Notes under the pieces: generated by a model
What the model was told of the DNA's origin: nothing
Databases searched by the model: none
The model's input: only the letters and a program-made list of their open reading frames with translations
Part shown: in pieces, positions 50,776 through 61,487 of the stretch
How positions within the stretch are numbered: the first letter of the stretch is position 1
How the letters are laid out: each line of letters starts with the position of its first letter
Translations under genes and position numbers: made by a program
NCBI GenBank assembly: GCA_018672055.1
Contig: JABHGM010000001.1
Location: 200,884-264,883, forward strand
Origin: a bacterium
Lineage (GTDB): Bacteria > Patescibacteriota > Patescibacteriia > UBA1558 > UBA10009
Direction of reading: 5' to 3'
DNA: 64,000 nt

Positions 50776-51909
50776 TTACTTTTTAAAAGACCCTTTAATT
50801 ATTTCTATAACTTCTTCTTCTGCTTGATCAAGTGATTTAGTTAAACTAAACTCTACTTCATTCTTATCACCAGTAGGTGAAAATGTACGAGTTAAGCTTT
50901 GAATTGAGGTAGTTCCTAGTGAACGAGCTAAAACTTTAGTTTCATTTATATCAGTTTGATAGAATAAAACTACGAGTTCAGCAAGAGGCGAAGTACTAAT
51001 TAAATCATCTATTATACCTGTCATATCTTTAGGTGAAGTATTGCTTTCAGTAAAATCATGAGGATTAATTTTTGACCAAATTAACTTAGCATCTTTATCA
51101 TATTGAAGTCTAGCTAATATTCTACCCCATAGCTTTAAAGTATTAATAGTTTTAGTTTGAAAAAGGTTAGTTACTATTTCTTGTCTCTTAGCTCCTGCTT
51201 CTATTAATTCAGAAGCAATATGTAGAGCTTTAGGTGTAACGTTTGATGTTTTAAAACTTCTAGTTGCAGAAATCATACCAGCTAGTAAACAAGTTGCTAG
51301 CTCTTTATCCATTACTTGTTCTTCCCAGGTATTTATTTGATTATATATTATTTCACAAGATGATGTAGCTGTTAGATCTAATAGATTAATATGTCCATAT
51401 TGTTCATTAGCTGGATTGTTATCAATATTAATTACAGGTACTTGGTAGAAGAAATCTCTATGATGTTCATATATCTTACCTAGTGAATCTAAATCAGTAG
51501 CTCCTACAATAATAATTAAATCAAAAGCAAATTCACTTGTTTTGAATTTAAGGTCATCGGGTGTAAAAACTCCTTGTTTAGGAGTTAAATAAATATTCAG
51601 ATTAGTTCCTTGTAAGTCATAGCTTAGTTCATCAATACCTGTTTGAGTTACGTCTAAGTTAATGATGAATTTTTTTAATTTATTTACATCACTCTTAACA
51701 TTACTAATTTCAGGTAAAAAAGAGTATTCTTTAGGAATACTAAAATTATCAATAATTACTTCACTATTCTTATTTACTTTCTTTAAAATTTGTTTTAAAG
51801 CAAGACATGAGGCAAGTCCATCTCCTGTGGGATTTGCTTTAGTTGTAATTAGAATCTTTTTTCCCTTATTAATAAGTTCTAAGATTTGGTTTTCTGTGTT
51901 TTTTGCCAT
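50776..51909 (-). CDS. Degenerate DHH-family protein
   Basis: NPTGDGLAS, INIDNNPAN (DHH replaced by DNN), LKLWGRIL; internal insert of about 50 aa. Confidence 0.75.
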   Translation of the reverse strand: MAKNTENQILELINKGKKILITTKANPTGDGLASCLALKQILKKVNKNSEVIIDNFSIPKEYSFLPEISNVKSDVNKLKKFIINLDVTQTGIDELSYDLQGTNLNIYLTPKQGVFTPDDLKFKTSEFAFDLIIIVGATDLDSLGKIYEHHRDFFYQVPVINIDNNPANEQYGHINLLDLTATSSCEIIYNQINTWEEQVMDKELATCLLAGMISATRSFKTSNVTPKALHIASELIEAGAKRQEIVTNLFQTKTINTLKLWGRILARLQYDKDAKLIWSKINPHDFTESNTSPKDMTGIIDDLISTSPLAELVVLFYQTDINETKVLARSLGTTSIQSLTRTFSPTGDKNEVEFSLTKSLDQAEEEVIEIIKGSFKK

Positions 51910-52098
51910 TTTAACTGTTATTTCTTATATAATTTGCATGGGAATAGACTATAATATCTAAATACTTAATATATGTCAAGTATTTACTAAATTACTACAT
52001 ATTAACAGTTAATTTTACTTATTTTACAGGTATTAGTCAAAGTGGAAAAAGCCTTAAAATATTGACTTTTTTACCCTATTTTAGTACCCTTTATTAAT

Positions 52099-54117
52099 AT
52101 GAATGTCTCAGAAGTAGCCCGTAGGCTAAAAATGAATACAAAAGAACTCTTAGAAACTCTTCCTGAGCTTGGTTTTGATATTGGTAAACGTGCTATTAAA
52201 GTAGATGATAGATTAGTAGACAAGATAATAATGGCTGTTGAAGAAGACAGGAAGAAAAAGAGAATTGCTAAAAGAGAAGGTAAGGTTAAAGAGATTAAAT
52301 TAGGTGATAAAGATAAAGATAATAAGAAAGAAGCTGGTCAAGAAGTTAAGATAGGAGATGTTATCATAGTAAATGAATTTGCTGAGAAATTAGGGTTACC
52401 TGTTACCAAGGTTATTGCTGAGCTTATGAAGAATGGTATTATGAGTACCTTGAATGAAAGAATTGATTTTGAAACAGCTACTATTATTGGTGAAGACTTA
52501 GATTTTAAAATAGTTAAAGCAAGTGCGGATGATGAATTAAAAGAACTTAGTGAAGAACAAGATAAGCATTTAAAAAAGATATTAGCTGGAGAAAAAGATG
52601 ACAAGAATTTAGTAGAACGTCCTCCTGTTGTAGTAGTTATGGGGCATGTTGATCATGGTAAGACTAAATTACTTGATGCTATACGTAGCACTAATGTAGC
52701 TGAGGGAGAGAGTGGTGGTATTACTCAACATATTGGAGCCTATCAAGTTGAAGATAATAATAAGTTAATTACTTTTTTAGATACTCCAGGTCATGAAGCT
52801 TTTAAAGCTATGAGAGCTCGTGGTTCTAAGATTGCTGATGTTGCTATTATTATAGTAGCTGCTGACGAAGGGTTTAAACCACAAACATTAGAAGTAATTG
52901 ATTTAGTTCAAAAAGAAAAGTTGCCATTTGTTGTAGCTATAAACAAGATTGATAAGGAAGGTGCTGATGTTGAGAAAGTAAAAAAAGATTTATCTGAAAT
53001 AAATCTAATACCAGAGGATTGGGGCGGCAAAACTGTTTGCGTACCAATATCTGCTAAAGAGAATAAGAATATTAAAGAACTTTTAGATACTGTATTATTA
53101 GTTGCTGATTTAGAAGAGTTTAAGGCTAATCCAAACAGAGATGCTGTTGGTACAATTATTGAATCTCATGTTGATAAAGGACAAGGTCCAGTAGCTACTG
53201 CTTTAGTTCAAAGTGGAACTCTAAATCTAGGTGATATGTTTATTGTAGGTAAAGCATCTGGTAAGGTTAAAGCTATGAAAAACTATAAGGGAGATGATTT
53301 AAAAACAGCAGGACCATCTACACCGGTTAAGATACTTGGTTTAAAAGGTCTACCTCAAGTTGGCGACATTCTAGAAGAAACAACTGATAAGAAGAAATTA
53401 AAAGCAGTTTCTAAAAATATTCAATTTTCTAGTCCTCAATCAGTAGCAACTGTAACTAGTAATAATAATCAAGATGATGATGAAGAAGAAGATGATTTAC
53501 CTAAACTTACTGTTGTCTTAAAAACTGATGTTTTAGGTTCACAAGAAGCTATTCTTGAAGCATTTGAAAAATTTAAAAATCCAGATATTGAACTTAAAGT
53601 AATTAAAAAGGGCTTAGGTAATGTAACTGATGTTGATATTATGGATGCAGAAACTGCTAAAGCTATAGTTTTAGCATATCGTGTTAATTCTGTACCTTCT
53701 GCTAAAGAATTATCACGTGATAGAAATGTACCTATACTTGATTTTGATATTATATATAAATTACTTGAAGATATTGAAGAAAGATTAAATAACCTATTAT
53801 CACCAGAGACTGTAAGAAGAGAATTAGGTAAGATAAAAGTACTTGCCATATTTAAACGTGGTAAAAAGTCTATGGTAGTTGGTGGTAAGGTAATTGAAGG
53901 TAAAGCTGAAACTAAAACTAAAGTTAAAGTAATGCGTGGTGATGAAAGAATGACTACAGGTGATTTAACTAGTTTGCAAGCTGGTAAAGAAGAAGTAAGA
54001 GAAGTGGTTAAAGGTCAAGAATGTGGTCTTGAGTTTACTGGTGATACTATAATTGAAGAAGAGGATGTATTAGAAATTTATGAAGAGAAGGTAGAAAAAA
54101 GAATTTTAAGTAAATAA
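52099..54117 (+). CDS. infB: Translation initiation factor IF-2
   Basis: GHVDHGKT, GGITQHIGAY, DTPGHEAF, NKID. Confidence 0.97.
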   Translation: MNVSEVARRLKMNTKELLETLPELGFDIGKRAIKVDDRLVDKIIMAVEEDRKKKRIAKREGKVKEIKLGDKDKDNKKEAGQEVKIGDVIIVNEFAEKLGLPVTKVIAELMKNGIMSTLNERIDFETATIIGEDLDFKIVKASADDELKELSEEQDKHLKKILAGEKDDKNLVERPPVVVVMGHVDHGKTKLLDAIRSTNVAEGESGGITQHIGAYQVEDNNKLITFLDTPGHEAFKAMRARGSKIADVAIIIVAADEGFKPQTLEVIDLVQKEKLPFVVAINKIDKEGADVEKVKKDLSEINLIPEDWGGKTVCVPISAKENKNIKELLDTVLLVADLEEFKANPNRDAVGTIIESHVDKGQGPVATALVQSGTLNLGDMFIVGKASGKVKAMKNYKGDDLKTAGPSTPVKILGLKGLPQVGDILEETTDKKKLKAVSKNIQFSSPQSVATVTSNNNQDDDEEEDDLPKLTVVLKTDVLGSQEAILEAFEKFKNPDIELKVIKKGLGNVTDVDIMDAETAKAIVLAYRVNSVPSAKELSRDRNVPILDFDIIYKLLEDIEERLNNLLSPETVRRELGKIKVLAIFKRGKKSMVVGGKVIEGKAETKTKVKVMRGDERMTTGDLTSLQAGKEEVREVVKGQECGLEFTGDTIIEEEDVLEIYEEKVEKRILSK

Positions 54118-54121
54118 ATAT

Positions 54122-54460
54122 ATGGAACAAAGAGCTAGACAAATAGCTGAGGTTATTCAACATGAATTGAATAATTTTTTTGTAAGAGAAGTAGAGTTTC
54201 CTAAAGATTCGCTAGCTACTTTAATTAAAGTAGATGTTACTCCAGATTTAAAGCATGCCATACTTTATGTTTCTATTTTACCCATAAATAAGACAGGCAG
54301 TGTTTTAGAAGTTTTAAATAAGAGTTTGGGTAGAGCTAAGCATTATGTAAGTAGTAAGATAACAATTAGGAAGTGTCCGGAACTTAAAATAATAGTTGAT
54401 GATTATGAACTCCAACATCGGCAAGTAGCCAAGAAACTAGAAGAAATAGAAGATAAATAA
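54122..54460 (+). CDS. rbfA: Ribosome-binding factor A
   Basis: VDVTPDLKHA, RKCPEL...D; follows infB. Confidence 0.9.
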   Translation: MEQRARQIAEVIQHELNNFFVREVEFPKDSLATLIKVDVTPDLKHAILYVSILPINKTGSVLEVLNKSLGRAKHYVSSKITIRKCPELKIIVDDYELQHRQVAKKLEEIEDK

Positions 54461-54554
54461 ACCCTTCAAGTGAAGGGTTTTATAGTATTTTTATTAATGC
54501 TTGACACATATATTAAACAGTAGTAGTATACTTAGTTAATAAAAATATATTATT

Positions 54555-55529
54555 ATGATAAAAGATTTAGCTACAGCTCAAGAAATATATTCAAGAATGA
54601 ATAATTCTTCAAATATATTACTCATAACTCATAAAAACCCTGACGGTGATGGTCTGGGTACTTTGAGTGCTTTAGCTATGTATTTGAAATCATTAAATAA
54701 GAAGTTTCAGTTATTTTGTTTAGATGAAGTATCTAAGAATTTTAGTTTTTTACCATTAATGCATGAAATAAGTAATGATCAAGAATTATTTAATAAAGAG
54801 AAATATGATTTAGTAATTGTTTTAGATTCAGGATCTCTTAATTATGCTGGAGTAGATAAATTAATTGAAAATATGGATTATACTCCATATATATTAAATA
54901 TAGATCATCATAAAACTAATGATGAATTTGGTAATCTAAATTTAGTTATTAGCTCAGCATCATCTACTTCAGAAATAATGTATGAATTATTTAGATTATG
55001 GAAAGTAACTATTACTAAAGATATGGCTACTTCATTATTAAATGGTATTATCTATGATACTGGAGTATTTTCTAACGCAGGTACTACGCTAGGCTCTTTA
55101 AAGGCCGCTTCTCATTTACTTAACCTTGGAGCAAGACATAGAGAAATAAATGAGAATTTTATACGTAATAAAAGTTTAAATTTACTTAAACTTTGGGGTA
55201 TTGCTTTTGAAAGATTATCATATAATCCTAAATATCAAATAGCTTATACGGTTTTAACTTATAAAGATTTTAAGAAGCTTGGTTTAGAAGAAGTAGCTTC
55301 TGAAGGTTTAAGTAATTTTTTTAATGAACTGGCTGGTGCTAAGATAGCTTTGGTCTTACATGAAAAAGAACCTGGTATAATTAAGGGTAGTTTAAGAACT
55401 ACTCATGATGATGTTGATGTAGCAAAACTTGCTAAAACTTGGGGTGGTGGCGGACATCAAAAAGCTGCTGGCTTTACTATTTCTGGTACTTTAGTCTATA
55501 ATGACAATAAGTGGAGTATTAATAAATAA
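54555..55529 (+). CDS. nrnA: Nano-RNase/pAp phosphatase (DHH/DHHA1)
   Basis: HKNPDGD, IDHH, DTG, SLR, GGGGHQKAAG. Confidence 0.92.
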   Translation: MIKDLATAQEIYSRMNNSSNILLITHKNPDGDGLGTLSALAMYLKSLNKKFQLFCLDEVSKNFSFLPLMHEISNDQELFNKEKYDLVIVLDSGSLNYAGVDKLIENMDYTPYILNIDHHKTNDEFGNLNLVISSASSTSEIMYELFRLWKVTITKDMATSLLNGIIYDTGVFSNAGTTLGSLKAASHLLNLGARHREINENFIRNKSLNLLKLWGIAFERLSYNPKYQIAYTVLTYKDFKKLGLEEVASEGLSNFFNELAGAKIALVLHEKEPGIIKGSLRTTHDDVDVAKLAKTWGGGGHQKAAGFTISGTLVYNDNKWSINK

Positions 55530-55541
55530 TTATATAAATAT

Positions 55542-56117
55542 ATGACATTAATTCCAACAGTTATTGAAAAATCAACACATGGTGAAAGAGCCTATGATAT
55601 TTACTCTCGTTTACTTAAAGAACGTATTATTTTTTTAGGTGAAGCAGTAGATGATAGAGTAGCTAATAATGTAATAGCTCAAATGCTTTTTTTAGAATCA
55701 CAAGATGCTAAGAGTGATATTAAGCTCTATTTAAATACGCCAGGCGGTAGTGTTACTGATGGCTTAGCTATTTATGATACTATGCAATATATTAAATGTG
55801 ATGTTTCTACCTTATGTTTAGGTATGGCTGCTTCTATGGGTGCTCTACTTCTATCTGCAGGTGCCAAAGGTAAAAGATTTGCTTTACCTAACTCACAGAT
55901 TTTAATACATCAAGTTATGGGTGGAGTACAAGGTCAAGCATCTGATATTAAGATTAAAGCCGAACAAATTTTAAAAATTAAAGATAGATTAAATCAAATC
56001 TTAGTCAAACATACTGGTAAAGATTTAAAAAACGTTGAAAAGGATACTGATCGTGATTATTATATGACTGCTGATGAAGCTTTAAAATATGGTTTAATTG
56101 ATAAGGTTATTAAGTAA
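55542..56117 (+). CDS. clpP: ATP-dependent Clp protease proteolytic subunit
   Basis: [28 protein letters not shown]. Confidence 0.97.
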   Translation: MTLIPTVIEKSTHGERAYDIYSRLLKERIIFLGEAVDDRVANNVIAQMLFLESQDAKSDIKLYLNTPGGSVTDGLAIYDTMQYIKCDVSTLCLGMAASMGALLLSAGAKGKRFALPNSQILIHQVMGGVQGQASDIKIKAEQILKIKDRLNQILVKHTGKDLKNVEKDTDRDYYMTADEALKYGLIDKVIK

Positions 56118-56274
56118 ACGTAATAAACATATATAAACGTTAGTTTTCGAATATAATATATAAACATTAAGCTCCTATTTAGGAGTTTTTTGTTTAAGTT
56201 AGCTATTATTTACTTCCTTGACACTAGGTTATTATTATGTTAATCTTCAAATGATAAATTTTAAGTAATTAATA

Positions 56275-56467
56275 TTAAATCAAGGAAGCTATTACTTAGA
56301 ATAAAAGATTGATTGATAGTACTGGAAGAAAAGAAGCAATTATTTTAACATTAATTTACTCACGTAATGAGTAAATATAGACTTCAAAATAATAATATCC
56401 TAATAGATTTAGGTTTTTGCTTGTAAAAGTCAATTTTTTATTTGTAATAACTTTCTTGTTTATTTAA
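56275..56467 (+). ncRNA. ssrS: Putative 6S RNA
   Basis: About 190-nt rod: CAAGGAAGCTATTAC/GTAATAACTTTCTTG and TAAAAGATTGATT/AGTCAATTTTTTA, central bubble, AAGCAA/TTGCTT; upstream of rny-ymdB; TTGACA promoter at 56218. Confidence 0.55.
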
Positions 56468-56479
56468 AGGAATAAATAT

Positions 56480-58006
56480 ATGGAAGGTATTGTTTTAGTT
56501 ATTATATTGGTTTCAGGATTAGCAATTGGTGGTTTTGTTGGTTATTATTTTCGTAAACTATTTGCTGCTCGTGAAGTTGGTTCAGCTGAAAGAAAAGCTG
56601 AAGACTTATTAAATGAAGCTAAGAATAAACAAAAGGAAATACTCTTAGAAGCTAAAGATAAAGCTCTAAAAATCTTGGACGAATCAAAGAAAGAAGTTCA
56701 AGAAAGAATACAAGAAGTACGTCATCAACAAGAACGTATTGAAAAACGTGAAACTTCTTTTGATAAGAAGCTTCTTGGCTTAGAATCAAAAGAAGAAGAA
56801 CTTCAAGAGAAAGTAGTTAAATTAGATGAAATTAAGGCAGAAGTAATAAAGATTAAAGAAACTCAATTTGAGAAATTAGAAAAGATTGCTAAGTTAACTA
56901 AAAAAGAAGCAGAAAAAATATTATTAGAAAATGTTGAGAATAAGATAAAGGATGATTTAGTTGAAAGAGTTAGAAAATTAGAAAATGAATCTTCTGAAGT
57001 AATTGAAGCTCAAACTAAAGATCTATTATCTTCAGTTATTCAAAGATGTGCTTCTTCTCATTCAGTAGAAACTACTACTACATCCGTTACTTTACCAAGT
57101 GATGAAATGAAGGGTAGAATTATTGGACGTGAAGGTAGAAATATTAAAGCTATTGAACAATTAACTGGTGTAGAGATAGTTGTAGATGATACACCTGAAA
57201 CTATTCTAGTAAGTGGTTTTTCTCCAATTAGAAGACACTTAGCTAAAAGAACTCTAGATAAATTAATGGCTGATGGACGTATTCATCCAGGACGTATTGA
57301 AGAAACAGTTGAAGAAGCTAAAAAAGATTTAGCTTTAGATATTAAAAAAGCTGGTGAAACTGCTGCCCATAAAATGGGTATTGCTGGTTTAGATCCAAAA
57401 CTCATTCAATTACTAGGACGTTTAAAATACAGAACTAGTTACGGTCAGAATCAGTTATTACATGCTATGGAAGTGGCTCAGCTATCTAAACTTTTAGCAG
57501 AAGAGTTAGGCGCTAATGTAGCTGTAGCTAAAAAAGGTGGTCTATTACATGATATTGGTAAAGCTGTTGATCATGAAGTACAAGGTGGTCATCCTCAAAT
57601 CGGTTATGACATCATGAAGAAATTTGGCTTACCTGAAGAAGTAGCCTACATGTCTATTGCTCATCATGAAGATAATCCAAAAAATATTGAAGGTATTATT
57701 GTTAAAGTTGCTGATGCTATTTCTGGTGCTAGAATTGGAGCTCGTAAAAATACTTTAGAAGATTATGTACAACGTTTAGATGAATTAGAAGGTGTAGCCA
57801 TTTCATTTGAAGGTGTAGAAAAAGCCTATGCTATTCAAGCTGGACGTGAACTAAGAGTCTTTGTTACTCCAGATAACGTTGATGATTGGCAAGCAACTAA
57901 ATTAGCTCGTGATATTGCTGATAGAATTGAAGAAGAATTAAAATATCCTGGTGAAATTAAAGTACATGTTATACGTGAAAAACGTATCCTAGAATACGCT
58001 AGATAA
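56480..58006 (+). CDS. rny: Ribonuclease Y
   Basis: N-terminal TM, coiled coil, KGRIIGREGRNI (KH), LLHDIGK (HD), AIQAGRE. Confidence 0.97.
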   Translation: MEGIVLVIILVSGLAIGGFVGYYFRKLFAAREVGSAERKAEDLLNEAKNKQKEILLEAKDKALKILDESKKEVQERIQEVRHQQERIEKRETSFDKKLLGLESKEEELQEKVVKLDEIKAEVIKIKETQFEKLEKIAKLTKKEAEKILLENVENKIKDDLVERVRKLENESSEVIEAQTKDLLSSVIQRCASSHSVETTTTSVTLPSDEMKGRIIGREGRNIKAIEQLTGVEIVVDDTPETILVSGFSPIRRHLAKRTLDKLMADGRIHPGRIEETVEEAKKDLALDIKKAGETAAHKMGIAGLDPKLIQLLGRLKYRTSYGQNQLLHAMEVAQLSKLLAEELGANVAVAKKGGLLHDIGKAVDHEVQGGHPQIGYDIMKKFGLPEEVAYMSIAHHEDNPKNIEGIIVKVADAISGARIGARKNTLEDYVQRLDELEGVAISFEGVEKAYAIQAGRELRVFVTPDNVDDWQATKLARDIADRIEEELKYPGEIKVHVIREKRILEYAR

Positions 58007-58013
58007 AAAACAT

Positions 58014-58799
58014 ATGAAAATACTATTCTTTGGTGACATTGAAGGTAAAATAGGTAGACTTGGTTTAACTGAGGTCTTACCTCAATTAAAAGAAAAATAT
58101 CAACCTGATATTACTATTGCTAATGCTGAGAATTTAGCTCATGGTAAAGGTGTTACAGCTAGTACTTTAACCTCCATGAAAGAAATTGGTATTGATTTAT
58201 TTACTTCAGGTAATCATGTTTGGAAAAAGGCGGATGTTAAAGAGTCAGTTAAAGAGTCAAAAACTACTTTAATTACACCGGCCAATGATCCAAGAACAGC
58301 AGATGGTGATGGTTATAAAGTAATTGATATTAAAGGTGAAAAATTATTAGTTATTAATCTATTAGGTCGTGTTTTTATGCATGAAGATGGTTTAAGATGT
58401 CCTTTTAAAGAAGTTGATGAAATACTTAAAAAACATGATACTAAGCATATTCTAGTTGATATTCATGCCGAGGCTACTTCAGAGAAAGTTGCTATGGGTT
58501 GGTACTTAGATGGCAAGGCTTCTATGGTAATTGGTACACATACTCATGTTTCAACTGATGATTTAAAGAAGTTACATAAAGGTACTGGATATATAACAGA
58601 TATTGGTATGGTAGGGCCTACTGATTCAGTAATTGGTATAGATAAAGATATAATAATTGATAAGTTTATCAATGATTCTCATACTGCGTTTGAAATACCA
58701 AAATCAGGTGAAGTAGAAGTTAATGGCTTGTTTATTGAATTAGATAAAAAAGGTAAGATTGAAAAAATTGAAAAAATCTACAAAACTGTTATTATATAA
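58014..58799 (+). CDS. ymdB: YmdB family metallophosphoesterase
   Basis: GDI, NAEN, GNH, HAEATSEK, GTHTH. Confidence 0.93.
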   Translation: MKILFFGDIEGKIGRLGLTEVLPQLKEKYQPDITIANAENLAHGKGVTASTLTSMKEIGIDLFTSGNHVWKKADVKESVKESKTTLITPANDPRTADGDGYKVIDIKGEKLLVINLLGRVFMHEDGLRCPFKEVDEILKKHDTKHILVDIHAEATSEKVAMGWYLDGKASMVIGTHTHVSTDDLKKLHKGTGYITDIGMVGPTDSVIGIDKDIIIDKFINDSHTAFEIPKSGEVEVNGLFIELDKKGKIEKIEKIYKTVII

Positions 58800-58823
58800 G
58801 TATAATAATTAATTCATAATAAT

Positions 58824-59129
58824 ATGAATAAAGCAGCGCTAGCAGAAACAATAGCTAAAAAAGTTGATTCTAATAAGAATCAAGCTGTTGAGTTCTTGGA
58901 TGCTTTCGAGGATATTATTACTGAAACCATAAAAGGTGGTGACGATGTTACCCTGACAGGTTTTGGTACATTCTCAGCAAGAGTAAGAAAAGCTAGAATG
59001 GGGGTTAATCCTCAAAATCCTACAGAAAGAATTCAGATTCCAACTGTAACTGTACCAAAGTTTAAAGCAGGTAAAGCTTTAAAGGATGCTTTAAAAGCTA
59101 AAGTTGAAACAGTTTCAGAACAGGAATAA
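58824..59129 (+). CDS. hup: DNA-binding protein HU
   Basis: MNKAAL, GFGTF, ARMGVNPQ, PKFKAGKALK. Confidence 0.95.
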   Translation: MNKAALAETIAKKVDSNKNQAVEFLDAFEDIITETIKGGDDVTLTGFGTFSARVRKARMGVNPQNPTERIQIPTVTVPKFKAGKALKDALKAKVETVSEQE

Positions 59130-59199
59130 CACATATTAAAAAAAATAAGTTTTTATATATTAAAAAACAAGGTTTTAATTAACCTTGTTTTTATTTATT

Positions 59200-59952
59200 T
59201 TATGGATATATAACTAATATATTCTTATCACCTTTTAAAATATCTTCTTCGTTCCAGTCATGTATAGCATTCATTAAAGTATCATAAGTATAGGTAAAGT
59301 CTTCTCCTCTGTATGTTCCAGGATCGTTAGTTACAAAATGAGTTTTGGTATAACCTTTAATAACTAACATATGGTATATAGGTCCAGGTGGTTTAAAAAA
59401 AGGATTATTTAGTTCTCTACCAGCTGCTGGTACAATAACTGGTCTACCGGCTACAATATGTTTTTTTATATCATCAATAGTTGGTTCATTAATTATTTCA
59501 ACTTTGTCATAATTAAAATAATCTAAAATCATTTCTTTAGTTTCGTAAGTAGTTAAGTCAAAGTGACCTTGCCATTTATCCATTTGCCAATCAACCATAC
59601 TTAATATTTCATCTGTAGCTAGTTGCTTAGTAAATTGTTTTTGAGTATAAAAATAATGAATCATAAGGGGGGATGCCTCTTCACAAGCTTCTTTAAATAA
59701 AGCGTTCCAATCAGCAAAAGGAGCTTGTGAGGTAAAAGGTACATTTAAATTGTATTCAGTAGGTAGTTCAGTAATTATCACTGTTTCTTGCTCAATATTT
59801 GGCTCATTTTGGGGTATTTCTACGTATTCTTGAGCAATGGGTATATCTGGTTTAAATAGCTCAAATACGTAGTTTTTTATCTTAATTCTTGATATAAAAA
59901 AAGCTCCTATTATAAGTAGGAGTATAGTTGTTATGAGAAGCTTTTTTTTCAT
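59200..59952 (-). CDS. C39-like peptidase, membrane-anchored
   Basis: VPFTSQAP, ACEEAS, HMLVIKGY, NDPG. Confidence 0.85.
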   Translation of the reverse strand: MKKKLLITTILLLIIGAFFISRIKIKNYVFELFKPDIPIAQEYVEIPQNEPNIEQETVIITELPTEYNLNVPFTSQAPFADWNALFKEACEEASPLMIHYFYTQKQFTKQLATDEILSMVDWQMDKWQGHFDLTTYETKEMILDYFNYDKVEIINEPTIDDIKKHIVAGRPVIVPAAGRELNNPFFKPPGPIYHMLVIKGYTKTHFVTNDPGTYRGEDFTYTYDTLMNAIHDWNEEDILKGDKNILVIYP

Positions 59953-59953
59953 T

Positions 59954-61414
59954 TTACTTTGTTATATATGAGTTATATACATCAGATTTTTTCCAAGAAT
60001 TCCAATTAATGTCAGTATGAACAGTCTTGCCACCATGAATAATTGATTTATATATAGCATTTATTGAATAATCACCATAGATAAAAGCATTAACGTAAAT
60101 TGACCAATATTTTTTACTAAGCGGAATAGAACCATTAAATTTTTCTTCTAATTCATTTTTAAGAATAACTGCATTACTATGTTCTTCTTCTTTGCTTATT
60201 CTAGATTTATTATAGGCAAAGATGTCTTCTTTATTTACAGATACTATAGCTTTTAATAATCTACCAGGACCTAGCGGATCATAACCATTTGTTACTTCAT
60301 TACCATCAAGGTATCCATCACCATCACTATCACTTTTAATTGGTGAAGTACCATATATTTTTTCTTGACCATTATTTAAACCATCACTATCAAAATCTTG
60401 AAAATCATCAAATCTATTATATTGATTATTTGAGATTAATGAGTTATTTGATTCTAAACCAGCTGGCGGGGTTGTTAATTCATATTTGAATGATGTTTTT
60501 TTCTTACCAAATACATCTTCGATGTTAATAAAGTAGAGATAAGTAGTTTCAGGCTCTAAATTAGTATAAGTAATTATGTTCTTAGTAGAACGTGGATCTG
60601 TAAAGGTAATTTTATTATTAGCTTTAGTTTTGCCTAATTTAATATATCCTTCAACTGGTCTATTTGTATTAATTGTAATAATAGCGTTTGAAGTTCCATC
60701 TTCTAAGTTAATAGTTTGTGTATCAAAATTATATGATAGTTCTGTTATTGTGTCATCTTGAGGATTAGTAGTTATTGAATAACCAACAGACATATTTTCA
60801 TTACCATTCTTATCTTTTGAATATACTTTATAATAGTATCTAGTATTTTTTTTAAGACTCTTAACAGTAATATCGTGAATATACTTTCTTGAAGAATAAC
60901 ATTTATGTTTATCTAAATCATTTTCTGAAGTTCCATAATATACACAACCGCTAGCTTTCTTATCAGTATGCCAAACAAAAGTAGCAGTATTACCTGATAT
61001 CAAAGAAGTATATATTTCTTGTAGTTTAGGTGGGGTAGTATCATTTTCATCTCCTGAAGTAAACGATAATACAATCGTTTCTATAGATCTACTATAATTA
61101 TCAAAAACTTCAATTTGAAAATAATATTTAGTATCATCTTCTAAGCCAGATAAATAGGTATCATGATATTTAGATATTTCATTATCACCAACCCATGAAC
61201 CAAATTCATCAGTTTTGCCATAATTAATAATACCGGAAGTAGGGAAATTAGTGGACCAGCTGATTAAAGTCTTATTTTCTTCATTTAAATAAGTAGCTTC
61301 AGTTATTGCTAATGGTTCTAATATTAGATTTTCAGCCTTTAAAATAGGTGAATTTATTAGAGTAATAGCTAATATTAGGGAATAAATGATTGATTTTGTT
61401 ATAATATTATTCAT
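59954..61414 (-). CDS. Secreted fibronectin type III / purple-acid-phosphatase-N repeat protein with Ca-binding DxDxDG motif
   Basis: Signal peptide, three W.T...YG...L...T.Y.Y repeats, DSDGDGYLDG. Confidence 0.75.
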   Translation of the reverse strand: MNNIITKSIIYSLILAITLINSPILKAENLILEPLAITEATYLNEENKTLISWSTNFPTSGIINYGKTDEFGSWVGDNEISKYHDTYLSGLEDDTKYYFQIEVFDNYSRSIETIVLSFTSGDENDTTPPKLQEIYTSLISGNTATFVWHTDKKASGCVYYGTSENDLDKHKCYSSRKYIHDITVKSLKKNTRYYYKVYSKDKNGNENMSVGYSITTNPQDDTITELSYNFDTQTINLEDGTSNAIITINTNRPVEGYIKLGKTKANNKITFTDPRSTKNIITYTNLEPETTYLYFINIEDVFGKKKTSFKYELTTPPAGLESNNSLISNNQYNRFDDFQDFDSDGLNNGQEKIYGTSPIKSDSDGDGYLDGNEVTNGYDPLGPGRLLKAIVSVNKEDIFAYNKSRISKEEEHSNAVILKNELEEKFNGSIPLSKKYWSIYVNAFIYGDYSINAIYKSIIHGGKTVHTDINWNSWKKSDVYNSYITK

Positions 61415-61487
61415 ATATTTAATAATATATATTGATTATACTACATAGTATAGCAGTTTTTACATATTTTGTCAATATTTAACCTAT

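Noticed and set aside
56112-56170. Repeated TAAAC motifs after clpP
   Set aside because: Short, irregularly spaced and expected in AT-rich DNA
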